Below, piece by piece: positions 26,840 to 39,165 of a DNA stretch of 64,000 nucleotides. The position numbers and the translations under genes are program-made. Below the pieces are notes generated by a model that ran no database searches, was not told the origin of the DNA, and saw nothing but the letters and a program-made list of their open reading frames with translations. Source of the stretch: Camelus dromedarius (Eukaryota); assembly GCF_036321535.1 (NCBI RefSeq), contig NC_087436.1, forward strand, positions 48,734,001 through 48,798,000. The letters run 5' to 3'. Each line of letters starts with the position of its first letter. Position 1 is the stretch's first letter.

Positions 26840-28831
26840 AAGAAGGAAAACATAAATGCTATCAAACACTATGTTTGTAGTCTTTGGGAAACAGAATGAA
26901 AGTATAGAAAATAATAAAATAGTGTCCTGTATCTGCTGGGAAAGCTGGGCAGAAAGTGAAATGTTAGGAAATCCCTGAGATGTTTAAATTTCATAATGCC
27001 ACTGGACCTTTCAAAGGTCTTTACACTCATTCAAATTCTGAACTGCCAAGCTGATGTTTATATTAGGGAAAATTGAATTACAAGGTCAAGAGACATGGAA
27101 CAGCTCCTAAAGGTTCTTTCTGGGGAATTCCACAGTCGATGAACCTCTCAGATACAGTTTTCTCCCTGGAATTCTTGCAGCACATCCGGCAGAGTGCAAA
27201 TACACTCCTACGCTTGCTTCTGCCCATCGCCCTGGCACTCTGCCTTCAGGGAAGGTGCACTCCGGGGCTCTATGCCAGGGCAGCCTTTCCTGGGTGGGGC
27301 TGGGGGCTCTGCACACCCCAGTGCACTTCAGCTTTCGCTGTGGGGGTGTCCTGCCAATTAAGGCCATGAAGGAGGAGGAAACTACTTTTTATTTGGGAGA
27401 GCTGTATGTGTTGGGTCGAGAGAATTCTCTCTTCACCCTTAGCTTTTTAACACCTGATTGCTCTTAAAGCTCCACACCTGTGGCCTCCAGCCATGCACTT
27501 TGGATACCTGGCAGAGCCGATAGACTATATTCCACCAGGTACCATTCTTCTTTTGGCCCATCTTCCTTTAAAGACAGTGCATACGAGACTAACCAGTAGG
27601 GTCACAGAAGTTTTACCTAAGTTCTCTTGGTTACTGAAAACTAGAGCTACTACCATCTTCCTTTATACAAAGAAGCAATGACCCAGCTGTCCAAAAAGTC
27701 TGGCCCAGCGCCTTGCAGGGAGCAGGCAGACAAACATTAGCCTCCTTTATCTTTCCATCCCTAACTAGAGACGTCAACCTGTGACAGTCACTCTCCCTCC
27801 TTCACAAGTACAGGACAGACATTACATGTGGTTCTCAAAGATTAAAGCAGCTGTAGGAACACTTAGCTTTCCAAACTGAAATCTACCTGATTCCTCACCC
27901 CACAAACACTTCTCTAAGGTAGGCTCCACCCTCTCCAGCACCAGCCTTCTCAGCTGTCCTTCCCTATTTCTCTAAGCCCCTTTCTCATTAGCAGTAAAAC
28001 ACTGGGTGGGATATATGGAACCAACTCAGCTCTCACCATCTCACCAGACACGCCAACCTAGCACTCTCAAGATACCCCAGACACTTACTTGATCGTTAGT
28101 GGATTGTTTTTGTTGTTGTTAGGGAGACTGGGATAAAATTTTAAAATCTAGATAAAATGCTGGGAACAAAATTCTCAAACTTAACAAAATTCTCAAACTT
28201 CTGTGATGTGGCTGTGACTTCTACCATTAAAATATCCATTTGTGATCACAGAAAAGGTGAGAATCAGTATTCTGATTTGGTCCTTATTACATGATGTTAA
28301 GTTCTCTAGAACTTAAAAATGATGCTTTTCAGAGGTGTTGTTTGATTACACTAGGTGGCCCATTTAGAACCCAGTCAATACAATCTCACTTCAAAAAAAA
28401 AAGAAAAAAAAAACATTTACAAACAGGTGACTTTATACAACAGCTATGGTTAGGATTTTATAAGTGCCAATAAAGTTCAGAGTTTATTTAGTGTAAATAC
28501 AGTCTAGACTCGTTATCTTACCCCCATCTCAGAGCCCAGAGGGGAAAAAAAAAGAGTATGCCTGATGGGAAAACAGGAGCTGGAGATGTTTCGGACAAAT
28601 GCCAAAATGAGCATCCTACGTGGCTCTCTGAATAACAAAACTGGCATCTTACTGAGGTGGCTCAGGCTAGAAAGGGGCAGAATAAGGAGTCAGGGACTGA
28701 AAACTTCCACGTTAGAACCACGCCACCAAGACTTGCTCAGTAATGAGCCCTCTGATGTGCAGACTGAAGCCATGACTGATGGTGGAAAGCCCACCCTCCG
28801 AGGACGGTGAAGTCCCAGGGATGATACTCAC

Positions 28832-28932
28832 GCTGACACTGTCCCCAGGACCGGCGGGCCCAGCCCCAGCAGCAGTCAATCCTCCCACCATAACGACACA
28901 GGCCAATTGATGACACTATTTGCCTGGGCCAC
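28832..28932 (-). CDS. NPNT: NPNT coding exon 2, (R)WPRQIVSSIGLCRYGGRIDCCWGWARRSWGQCQ(P); 101 nt
   Basis: Acceptor ttttgtttggcag|G and donor C|gtgagt. The peptide is visible in ORF 28737..28943 and continues the exon 1 frame. Confidence 0.97.
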
Positions 28933-30149
28933 CTGCCAAACAAAAAGATTCAAAATAAATAAAGGCACTTTTTAAATTAATTTCCTCTTGGTTATTACTT
29001 TAGAAAAAATTAAATCACACCTAACAATTTTCTATGAACTCCTTCATGCCTGCAGAAATTAAAGGATAAAATAGCTTCAGGGAAATAGTTCTGCTATGAT
29101 CTGATTTCAAACATCAGCCAGTTAACACATGCAAAAGCACAAGGGTGGGGGGGGGGGGAAGAGAGGGGAAAATCCTTTCTTACATGGAAATAGCACCAGA
29201 TAAAACCAGGAATTCTCAAGGCTGCCACTCACAGGATGGTTTCTGAAGCTTAAAATAAAACAGACTCCTCAAAGAACCACACCTGTTACTGGGGGGAAAG
29301 CCAGTTTTGACTGATTCATCTTAAACTGAAAAGTACTAAATAATATAAGACGTGTCAAAGCAGAAAGAGAAAATTTCTCTGCCTTATATAATGGGTACAG
29401 GTGGCAAGGGGCAGAAAGAGGGGGAAGGTTCTCAAAATCAAATGAAACAGAACTCTTTTCGAGACATCACTTTTCAGCCAAAAAATTTCCCTGAAAAAAA
29501 ATGTACTTGAGAAAGAAGTCTAAATAAAACCAAGGAGAGTTTAAAGTGTAGCTAACATCTCAAGTGTCCTTGTGGTTTGAAACTTTCCTGCACCAACAAT
29601 GCGTGCTATTGACCTCTCTAATGTAAATAAGGGCTAAAGCAAGCATTCAATTCCAGGGTACCACTTGCCACCAGATTCCACTTTGACACCTTATTTGGTA
29701 AACTGGTTCCTTGTTTAGATTCACACATCAATAAATGATATTGATCCTCTCCCCCAACCAGAGGATCAATATTTTAATTACCTGTTTTAGACACCTTTTA
29801 AAAGCTACATGAAGATCTTATGTATAATCATGTGATGTATTTCTTATTGCAAACGTGTAAAAAAAAAACGCACAACATACTCGAAGGTGGGCAAATAATT
29901 GCTTTAATAAAATAAAACAGCCTCAGGGCGCTACCCACGTTTTCTTAAACTCTCCTAATCTTTTCAATTCCCCTTTCCTTCAGCTCCGCCTCGTGCCCCC
30001 AAGCCCAAAGGACAAAATAACCCCGAACTTTCTATTTCCTCGGTCCAGGTGATAAACAAACTGCTGTGCTTTTTGTCTTCTGCGCTTCACTGGCTCTCCT
30101 CCTTTCCTTCCAGGTACAGGAAAGCCAATCAATCGTGGAATTGATTGGT

Positions 30150-31800
30150 TCCAAGATTGCAGGTAAAACAGGTGCCGGCAGTCTTTCGGGCTCCGCGGGA
30201 GAGGGGGGTGGGGGGTCGTGGCGTGAGGGAGACTGGATGGTGCTGTGACCCAGGTTAAAATTTCCTGGCTACTCCTGCCTGGTTTCCCCACAAGCAGCAG
30301 CGATCCGCGCTCGGGGCGAGTCTGGCCTGTAACTGAGCGGTGGAGGGGTGGTGGGGGGTGATAACCGAGCACGTCCTCCGGACACAGACACACACACACA
30401 GTCGCCCGAGCGGATCTGGCAGGCAAGAGAGAGGGCTCCGCGCGCCGCGGCGCGAGGACCTGCAGAGTGACAGCGGAGCGGAGCTGGGGCTGTTGGAACC
30501 TGTCAGAGCACGCTGCAGTCAGGCTCGCCCGAGGTCTCGGGAGCTGGGTGTGCGTGCGTACACACATACACACACACACAAACAGCGTTCCCCTCTTTCA
30601 GCCCTTATTTTGAGTCCCTTCCCGCAAGGAAACCAAGTGGGGAGGCAAACATGTCCCCCCTGGAAGCCCTGTCGCTCCCTCTCCCCACCCTTTGTGTGAG
30701 CCGCCCTGACAGCTCCCAGCCGAGATTTGGCCTCGACCACTGTAAGTTTCCCCACTGCAGAACTGTCTAGATCAAGAGCGAGAATTCCCCGGCCAAGGGA
30801 TGTCCCGCGCGTCACCTTCTCTTGGGAGACTAACCCGCACCGTCAGAGCCCAGACGCCAGGCTCGAGCCCCCTTTCTCCCCGAGCCGGGAATGGGCGGCT
30901 CGCCTCGCAGCGCAGACGCCCCGGGAAAGCGACGGCGGGGTCCCTGTACGCGCAGGGGGCGCGCCCTCTAGGCCTCGGGCAGCCACTGGTAGAGAGGGTA
31001 GTTCGACGGCTCTCCTCCCGCCGAGACGGTGCGGTGGCCCAACTTCTGGACCAAAGCAGAGAGAAGGGACCCCAGGATGGTGTGAAATTCGCGAGCGAAG
31101 GAGGAGGAGAGGGCTCCCCGGGGAACAACTCACCTCCCGTCGAACTCCGCAGCCGCCTGCAGGTAGAGCGAAGACCCAAGCACCAGCGCCAGGAGGAAAT
31201 CCATGTTGGGCAGCGAGTCCTGGGCGGCGGCGCAGCTGCACGCGGGGAACAGGTTAAGGGTCCTGGGGGCTCAGGAGAGGCGCGCTCGCCTCCTGCCTCC
31301 CTCGAGGAGCTGCGGGAGCCGGGAACCCCTGCGGCCGCCGCGGCTACTGCTGCCACTTTCGGAGGAGAGCGGCGCGGCGCGCAGCCGGAGCAGGTCTGCT
31401 GCACGGCGTCCGGAGCCCCCTCCGCCTCCCTGCCCGCGAGGGGAGGCGCTGCAGGGGGAGCTGCGCCGCCTGCGGGGAGGGGCGGGGGTCGCGCGTGCGC
31501 TCGACTCGCCGCTCTCCCGGCCCCGGGTGAGGCGAGAGGGCGCTCAGCCGCTCGATGGGAAGCTCGGGGGCGGGGGCGCTGCGGGAAGGCAGCGTCTCTT
31601 GGGGACCAGCCAAGCGGGGCGAGTGCCAGGCTGGGAGGAAAGTTGCAAGCCCGGCCTCGGCGAGGGAAAGCAGGGCGCTCGGCAGGAAAGTGTGAGCCAG
31701 GGAGGAAAGGGGCCCCGGGCGGAGGTGCGCGCTCCGCGGGTTCCTCTCGAACAGGTGGCGACCGCAGGGGCGAGCCGTAGCTTTCACCGGAGGGCAAAGT
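30150..31800. promoter_or_regulatory. NPNT: CpG island / TATA-less NPNT promoter, 5'UTR and start of intron 1
   Basis: Very high GC and CpG density compared with the AT-rich flanks. GC boxes (GGGCGGGG) near 31480 and 31570 lie upstream of the ATG. Confidence 0.9.
31134..31204 (-). CDS. NPNT: NPNT coding exon 1, signal peptide MDFLLALVLGSSLYLQAAAEFDG(R); 71 nt coding
   Basis: ATG at 31204 in good Kozak context (cccaacATGG), hydrophobic signal peptide, donor AG|gtgagt (phase 2), inside the CpG island. Confidence 0.96.
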
Positions 31801-32229
31801 CCAAGACGAGAGAGGTTTATGGGGCTGGAGCTGAACAGTGTCTGCCTTTAGTGAAACCACAGCACGACTTGGACAAATTAGCAAAGGCAAACTCCGGGAG
31901 TTTGCTTCTCCCACAGAGTTGGCAGAGGCAGAGTTTTAAAAATTTTCTAACCACCGAAAGAAATGTTTGGCTCTCCAGTGAGTTTTGAAGAAGAAACGTG
32001 CAGACTGTTTCTATCTCTGCCAGCTCTAGTCTGAGCACCTTAGAGGGACAGCAGCGTCTGCCCTCCAGGGGCACGTGCAGGCCAGAGAGAGGCGGGCCAG
32101 TTACACTTACAAGTCTTGTGCCAGATCTTGCCGAGATCATTCAGAAACCATTTTGAGCAACCATTGTTGCTCTGTCGTTGCAGAGCAAAATGTATTGTAC
32201 CAAAGGACTGTGTTCAAACGAAAATACTC

Positions 32230-32720
32230 AGTGGTTAACCTAAAATGCATGTTAAAACATCAGTCTAATCAAGTCTCCTCTCTTCCCAAACCCTAGCCGG
32301 AATGACTGCCCAGGGCAGTGATCTGGTGTCCCATACCTCTCAGACCCAGTTTCCTATGCCCTCTCTTCCTCTAATCCCTGGCTTCCGTTCCTTTCCTGCA
32401 CACTCTTGCCTCGGGCCATTGACTGACTACTACTTCTGACTGGACCCAGATATCTGCGTGGCTCATTCTCACTTCAGTCTTTGCTCAAATGTCACCTCTC
32501 CGAGGAGACATACCTTGACCACCGCATTTAAAATTGCAACCTGTCCCCTCCTGATGTCTTGTCTGTTCTACTTTGCTCTTTCACTCATAGTTTCCTATAT
32601 AATTTGCTTACTTCTTATTTTGTATGTCTATTTTTCTGCTAGAATGGAAACTCTACAAGGGCCAGTTTCTTTGTTCAGTGCCTGTAGTGTAGTAGGTGCT
32701 CATAAATGTTTATGGAATGG
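32230..32720. mobile_element. L2 LINE 3' relic
   Basis: ctcaaatgtcacctctcc and gtagtaggtgctcataaatgtttatggaatg. Confidence 0.7.
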
Positions 32721-33733
32721 GTTTGTTAGCCTATACCCCCCGCCCAATCTTTAGTTTCTTCTTGAGATTTCTCCAACTTTAAATTTTTAATGGAAAGTTC
32801 TGTGACAGAGTGACCTCACTATCCTGATCTCTTATGTGTATAAACACAGGAATTTTCTGCTAGAAAAGGAAAAATAATGGTTTCAACTTAAATGACTCTG
32901 ATTTCAAGTTGTTTCTGTTAGCAAAACAAGTTTCTATTTTAATCTCAGGAAATATCCATGCCAGTTCAGGCTTGGGACATTATTTTAGGCAAACAGCTTG
33001 GTGTCATCCATTTCAGATCTTCCTAATGAACTCCCAAAATGTCGGAGTCAAACTATTTTTTCTGCAGAAAATCAAATTTTGCAAGTGTAGCACAGGCTTG
33101 GTTCCAGGGTCCAGTGGCTACTCTGTAGCCATTTTCCTTGTTGACTGGTTCCTGGATTGAGCAATGGATGATTAGGGAGGAAGGGGCTAACCTACAGGCT
33201 AAAAACCGGAGATAGAAGGAGAGGAGGACAAGCCGCAGGTGAAAAGATGAATATGTGGAGCAATAGCGTAATACCCCCTCTGCTTGCCTCATTTTTTCCC
33301 CGTATCTTTTCTTTGGCCTAGAGAACACTCCATTCATCTTCAAATGGACACTCTCCACTTTCTCTTTGGGTCCAAGCTTAGCTGACACTCAGGAAGCCTT
33401 TTTGATTTTTTGCTTGGCTGAGACTCCTGCGGTATGTGCTTCAATACCCCTATGCATGCCCGAGAGTAACTCTTAATGCACTGTGGTGTGATTGTTTCTC
33501 TGCCAACTCTAGGTTCCCTCAAGACATTAATCTAACCAAGAGGAGGGCCAGGGCAGTTGTCACTATATCCGCTGTGCCCAGCACAATGTCTGGCACAAGG
33601 CTTAAATTCAGCATCTGTTAAATGAACTGGATTGGGTTGGACTGAATTCTGCCTGGTGGACGTTACTTTCTCCCTCGAGTAAGCCATAGCTAATTATATC
33701 AGGCTTTGTCGAATCATGGAGTGAGGAGATTCT

Positions 33734-33791
33734 TTTTTTGGGGGGGGGGGGCATTTATTTATTTATTTATTTAACTTTTTTTTTTTATTGT
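33734..33791 (-). mobile_element. Severely 5'-truncated retroposon tail (probably Vic-1 3' end)
   Basis: 58-nt A/C-rich tail flanked by a perfect 15-bp TSD gagtgaggagattct (33719-33733 and 33792-33806). Confidence 0.75.
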
Positions 33792-35062
33792 GAGTGAGGA
33801 GATTCTAAAGGAATTTCAAGGTCTAACTGCTTAGTATGCTGCCGTTATGACCACCAATGATCCTTCCAAAACAGAGAGGGAGTTCCCATGGGATTGACAT
33901 GTCACTTTCTCAGCCTTAAAAACCAACAAGAAAGAACCAGACCAAACAGCGTGCTTTTAGCAGTATCTGCACTTTTCCAGTAGGACAACTTGTGGCTGGA
34001 TTTTATACCAGATAATGCCACCTTGCAAGGAAAAGTCCCAATTTCCTCACACACAAATAATTTTCTATCGCTGCTCACAACGTGATACAGATAAACAGCA
34101 AAATAGAGCCAAATGAACACAACTTCAAACACTTGGAAATCAGAAACTCTCAATTATTTAATCTTTTTCCCAGCAAAAACTTATTGACAGCCTACCATGT
34201 ATTGGCCATTTCTAGGTGCCAGGACCTTCAGCTGGGAACAAGACAAAGTTGTGTCCTTGAAAGAGTTTACACTGCAGTCGGGGAGCAAAATAATAGGTGC
34301 TTTGAAGAGAGGACAGAGGTGTAAAGAGGGTGAGGAAAGATAAGGTGACAGGAAGAGATGGGCTGTGGTTTCAGGTGGAGTGATTTGGTCGCCGCTGGGA
34401 GATGAATTTTGAGCAGAGACTGAATAAAAGGCGTGCAGTGGGGGTGGTGTTTGGGCAAAGGGGATAGAAGGTATGTTGTCTCTATCAAGGTCTCAGAGTC
34501 AGTGTCGTGCAAACTGTTAAGCAAGCTATTGCTCCTCTTGTCCCACGTGCACTGGTGACACAGGGACAGGATCCCTGCTTCAAAAACTCCTATTAAGCAA
34601 AAAGAAGGATGAGGAACACACAACTGCTCACCCACAGCAGTTCTGAGTCCCAGATGAGCAGGAATGACAGAGACGCTCTCTCTGGCAGTGGAGGAAGTAC
34701 TGTGGTCAGACAGTCAGGTCTCCTCTGCGTCTACAGCCTCGTCCCCTCATCTTCCAGAGCCACATCAGAAGGGAAGAGAACACAGGCCAACATTCAGAGG
34801 TGAGACCCTGCTGAGTGTGGGCGGAGTCATGGTAAGAAGCTTGGGCCTGGGAATCTCCCCCAGAACTGAGTGCTGGTGCACTGTTTGCCTGCTGTGTACC
34901 TTGACTTATTTAACCATTCTGGTCCACGGTTTTAAAATATAAAATGTGGAAGTAAAATAATAATCCTCTCCTCTTGACTTCACCATCATCCATCGTTAGA
35001 CTATCACCCTCATCATCATCATTGGTAATAGCCAACATTAATTTTTTACCCATGCTACTAGG

Positions 35063-35200
35063 ATGAAATACAGCAAAGAGACCCTCTGTAAACTGGAAAG
35101 ACGGTCCTCACCAGACATTGAATCTTCTGGCACCTTGAACTTGAACTTCTCAGCCTCCAGAACTGTGAGAAATAAATGTCTGCTATTAAAAAAAAAAAAA
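35063..35200 (+). mobile_element. MaLR (MLT1/MST-like) LTR fragment ending in poly(A)
   Basis: cctcaccagacattgaatc...ggcaccttga...cagcctccagaactgtgagaaataaatgtctg followed by A13. Confidence 0.8.
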
Positions 35201-36484
35201 GAAGAAAAAGAAGGAGGAGGAGGGACTACTGGAGCATATGCCTTCCTTGGGGGCTGTACATCCTTTACAGTCCTTTTTCTACTGGTACACATTTGAAGGC
35301 CTGAGTGTTGCTTTTAAGGAGCTAACAGAGACAGTACATTTTCAGGCCAGACTCATGGTTTCCATGGCTTTAAGATTTCCTGAAAACCCTAATAGGCTTC
35401 TGATCTAATTGCTTCCAGTCAGTTCCTTGTGCAGATAACCATAACCAAAGTCTTTTCTAGTCCCGGTTCTTAAGCCTGCTTTATTTCTTTGCTTTCTTGT
35501 GTCCATACCTTACTCTTTCATCTTAATGGAGGCCACCTTGAGGCTAGCTGAAATAATAGGGTTGTTTGGGAGGGCAACACCCTTATTCTGAGCCTTGCCA
35601 CAAGGCTTGTAGCCCTATATTTATATTAATGTTCAGGGCATAAAAGCAGTTGTCTTTTTCAAATCTGGAAGGCCCCAAATTTCTGGATATTCTCATTTCC
35701 TTTCATTTCTTCTTGCAAAACAACCATTGCCTGACCCCATCCCTTTCTTAGGATACCTTATAAACACAAAGGAGTAGTGAATATACTAACATTTTTATTT
35801 TTCACAATGATACCTGGAAATATACGGTATCTTCCAAGTGAGCGTAGGTAATGCTTTTACAAAATAATGTGTGTCACAAGCTTTCCAGCCTACACACAGC
35901 AGCTGTAGTTATACCAAAATCAGAGCATATCATCCTTTCAAAGAATAGATAGTTCCAATCCTATTTAAACTCTTCTAAAACATCAAAAAAAGAAATGTTT
36001 ACAAATTATCCCTGAGAAGTCACTGCTATCTAAACCTGAAAAAGTTAGCCTTTTCATATGTGTACAAACATATGCACATTTACTGATACTAGTATCAGTG
36101 CAAAACCCCTAAACAAATGTTTAGCAAGTACAATCTAGGAATATGTTAAAAGAATCCATTACACTCAGAAACCTCTATGTGGGTAAAGGGTTAACAAAAT
36201 CCTTTCCCCTTCTACATGAGAATTTGACCTTACCTTAACTTTTGAGCACTGTTCCCCCGGCAACCTGATAAGGTGATTTGTGAACTATGTTGCTATGTTG
36301 CTGGTAAAAATGAACCCCTGATTGGTAAATGGCATTTAGACAGGAAGAACCAAACATGCCTGATTGCAGACCATGGCATTGGATCAGCCTGAGTTCAGTG
36401 CCTCTTGTAACCGGGCATGTCCCTTGCAGAGACCTTGGACACTATGCCAGTGGGGTTGTCACAAGAGATGGAACTGAAGGTGGA

Positions 36485-36634
36485 TCACCATTGGTTGAAT
36501 CTGCAGATATGGGAACCCGCGGATATGGGAAGGCCGACTGTACGACACTATTTAATTTGAGGAGCTTGAATATCTGTGGATTTTATTCTCCAGAGGGGTC
36601 CTGGGAACCCTGTGGATATGGAGGGACAACTGTA
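36485..36634. mobile_element. TcMar-Tigger (Tigger3/MER2/MER8-like) terminal fragment
   Basis: ttggttgaatctgcagat...aacccgcggatat...ggccgactgta and gtggatatggagggacaactgta; ends in the typical CTG-TA terminus. Confidence 0.7.
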
Positions 36635-37459
36635 CTTACTGTCAATGATTCTCATCCATCTTCAAATAATTCTGCAAAGATAATGGAAGATTCATTTGAT
36701 TCTATTTTATTGTCAGATAATTGAAATAGACATGAATGGCTGATCAGCACATTAGGAAGCAGTTGCAGGAGTTATAAAATAGTTAGGTTTAGTCTCCTAC
36801 CTTTCAGCCCTTTTAAATTTATATCTTAATGATCTGACACAAATTAACATTTTTTGATTCATGATTTTATGTATAGAAAAGTTCTTCTATGCTGACAACA
36901 AATTTTTAGTATCATAAAACCAGGAGTGGTAACACTAGCCAGCTTCTTTAACACATTGCCCCCATTATCTTTGGCTTAACACAATTAAATTCCTTTCATT
37001 AGTACAAAAATTTAATGCAGGTTAGACAGCCCTCCTGAGTATCCTTTGTAAGCGGCTTTTCAGGGATCTGGGCTCCTTCCATCCTGTGGTTCTGTCTTCC
37101 CGGAGTTCTCCTTCTGTAGCTACATGGCCAAGGGAGAGAGAGCGCCCGGGCAATCATACCTGGGGATCTGTGGCACTCTGTTGGCTACCACCTAGTTACA
37201 TGGCTCTAATTTAACTGCTGGAGGATTTGGAAAATATATTTTTCCAATGTGCCAAGGAGGAAAATGAAAACTTTTAACTGCATACCTAACGTCTTTGCCG
37301 TAGCCTCAAGAAATCAGTTAACTTAGTACTTAATTATGCTAGAAAGAAAGCTTAACACTATGACATCACAGAAAAATCATTGTACTTGAAAATCATTCTC
37401 CAAAATTCACTTAATGATTTTCATCATACAGCAGTCAATATATTTATTTGAGAGTTCTT

Positions 37460-37645
37460 TTTGTTGTTGTTCTTGCTTTGTTTTTTGGGATTTTTAAAAT
37501 AGCTTCTTGTTGTTGTTCTATAGTGATTTTGGGGGGGAATTAATTAGATTTAAAAAAAAAAATTTTAATGAAGGTACTGGGGATTAAACCCAGGACCTTG
37601 TGCAGGCTAAACACATACTCTACCACTGAGCTATACCCCACCCCC
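37460..37645 (-). mobile_element. tRNA-derived SINE (Vic-1 type)
   Basis: Reverse complement reads ggggtatagctcagtggtagag...gtcctgggtttaatccccagtacc. Tail is T-rich on +, with TSD tttatttg(a/g)ga(g/a)ttctt on both sides. Confidence 0.88.
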
Positions 37646-38489
37646 TTTATTTGGGAATTCTTAACATATAACTCACCCACTTAATTTGGTAAATTGTAAA
37701 AAGTACCTAGTCAAGCTCATGGTACATGCAGTAAGTGCTCAACAACTACCAATTGTGTCTTCAACTCAAGGGAAGCTTTTACTGCTGGGAATTAAATGCT
37801 TCTCTAAGATTTCTGTCCAAGACAGGCAACTGCAAACACTTGCCTTAACATTGTCTATGCCTAAACCAGCTCTGACAGTGCTGTGTTGTGAATCTCTAAT
37901 CTCAATTTAGCTTTTATCAAAGTATTTGAGCAAATTCAGAGTTGCCTAAAATACTCTTGCATCTCGCTGCCACATGGGGGAAGTACTAGTTAAGCTTTTC
38001 CCCTTTTATAATAAATTATTAACCTGCTCTCTGGTCTCTGAAAACATGGATCTGTCCTCCAATAACATGGAAAACCAATCCTTTAGGTAAAACTTTGGTG
38101 CTTATAAAATTCCTTGTTAAAATAAGTGATATTTATGGAAGCCAGTCTAGATTGGGGATGTGCTAATTAACAATTCCTCTGGATTTCCCCAGTATTAACC
38201 TTGGATCAAGTTAGTCTCTTGGAACTTAACTTAGAACCTGGAAGACTCTTCACTTAGTGAGTTGGACTTACAACTTTAGTGAGTTTATTATAAGATACAG
38301 TTAAGTAAGATGTGCACCTGCATTTTCGGGAAGATTGTTGTGGATATTGTCTGATGTATCTATCATGATCCCATAAAGTAATTTCTTACAGAACTTGGGG
38401 CCAAGAAAAAGTTTTGTCTCTTTGGGGAAAATTTTATGTCTTCTATTTTCTGATGAAAGTGATCAAATTTCACTTTTAAAAGTGGCTCG

Positions 38490-38880
38490 CAGAAGACCAT
38501 GGAGACAGTAAAAAGATCAGTGGTTGCCAGGTGTTAATGAGGAGAGGGGGATGATGAGCAGAGGACAGAGGATTTTTAGGGCAGGAGAACTATTCTGTAT
38601 CATACTACGATGGGGGATGCATGCCATAATACATGTATCAAATGCCATAGAATGTACACCACCAAGAGTGAACCCTAGTGCAAACTATGGTCTTTGGGTG
38701 ATTACAGTGTGTTAACATAGGCGTACTGATTGTAACAAATGTACCACTTGGTGAGGGATGTTAATAATGGGGGAGGCTACGCATGTGTCGGGGTAGGGAA
38801 CATATGAGAAATCTCTGTACCTTCCATTCAATTTTGCTGTGACTCTGTACCTGCTCTAAAAAATAGTCTATTAAAAAATT
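38490..38880 (+). mobile_element. Old L1 (L1MB/MC-like) 3' end
   Basis: gatcagtggttgccagg...gtgaaccctagtgcaaactatgg...aatctctgtaccttccattcaattttgctgtga. Confidence 0.8.
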
Positions 38881-38998
38881 TTAAAGCAACATATATATTT
38901 TGCCATTAATTTCCCCCAATAATTTAAATTTTGTATGCCAGTTATGTTTAATGTTATTTTACTATGGACAGTTAAAATTCTCACATAAACTTGAAAGA

Positions 38999-39019
38999 TT
39001 AATTAATTAATTAATTAAT
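38999..39019. repeat. (TTAA)n microsatellite
   Basis: ttaattaattaattaattaat. Confidence 0.9.
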
Positions 39020-39165
39020 ATAAATATTTTTATAAGTGACTACCAGGAAGCTTAGAGTTAAATTCTGCCACAAGAGGTATTTAAACTCTTGGGGTGGGTT
39101 AGCATGTGTGCTCTTTTCCTTCTTTCACTGGTCCTGATTTTCTCCTTCTGCTTTATTACCTGACA

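Larger units (their letters stand above)
1..31420 (-). other. NPNT: Nephronectin gene, 5' portion (exons 1-3 plus cassette exon; continues past the window start; TSS approximate)
   Basis: Spliced exons give [88 protein letters not shown], which matches the nephronectin N-terminus as I recall it. All junctions are GT-AG with consistent phases. Confidence 0.97.

Noticed and set aside
30727..31988. Several long overlapping ORFs (up to 380 aa) on both strands
   Set aside because: Low-complexity Gly/Ala/Arg/Pro translations are expected from stop-poor CpG-island DNA. The real coding part is the 71-nt exon 1.
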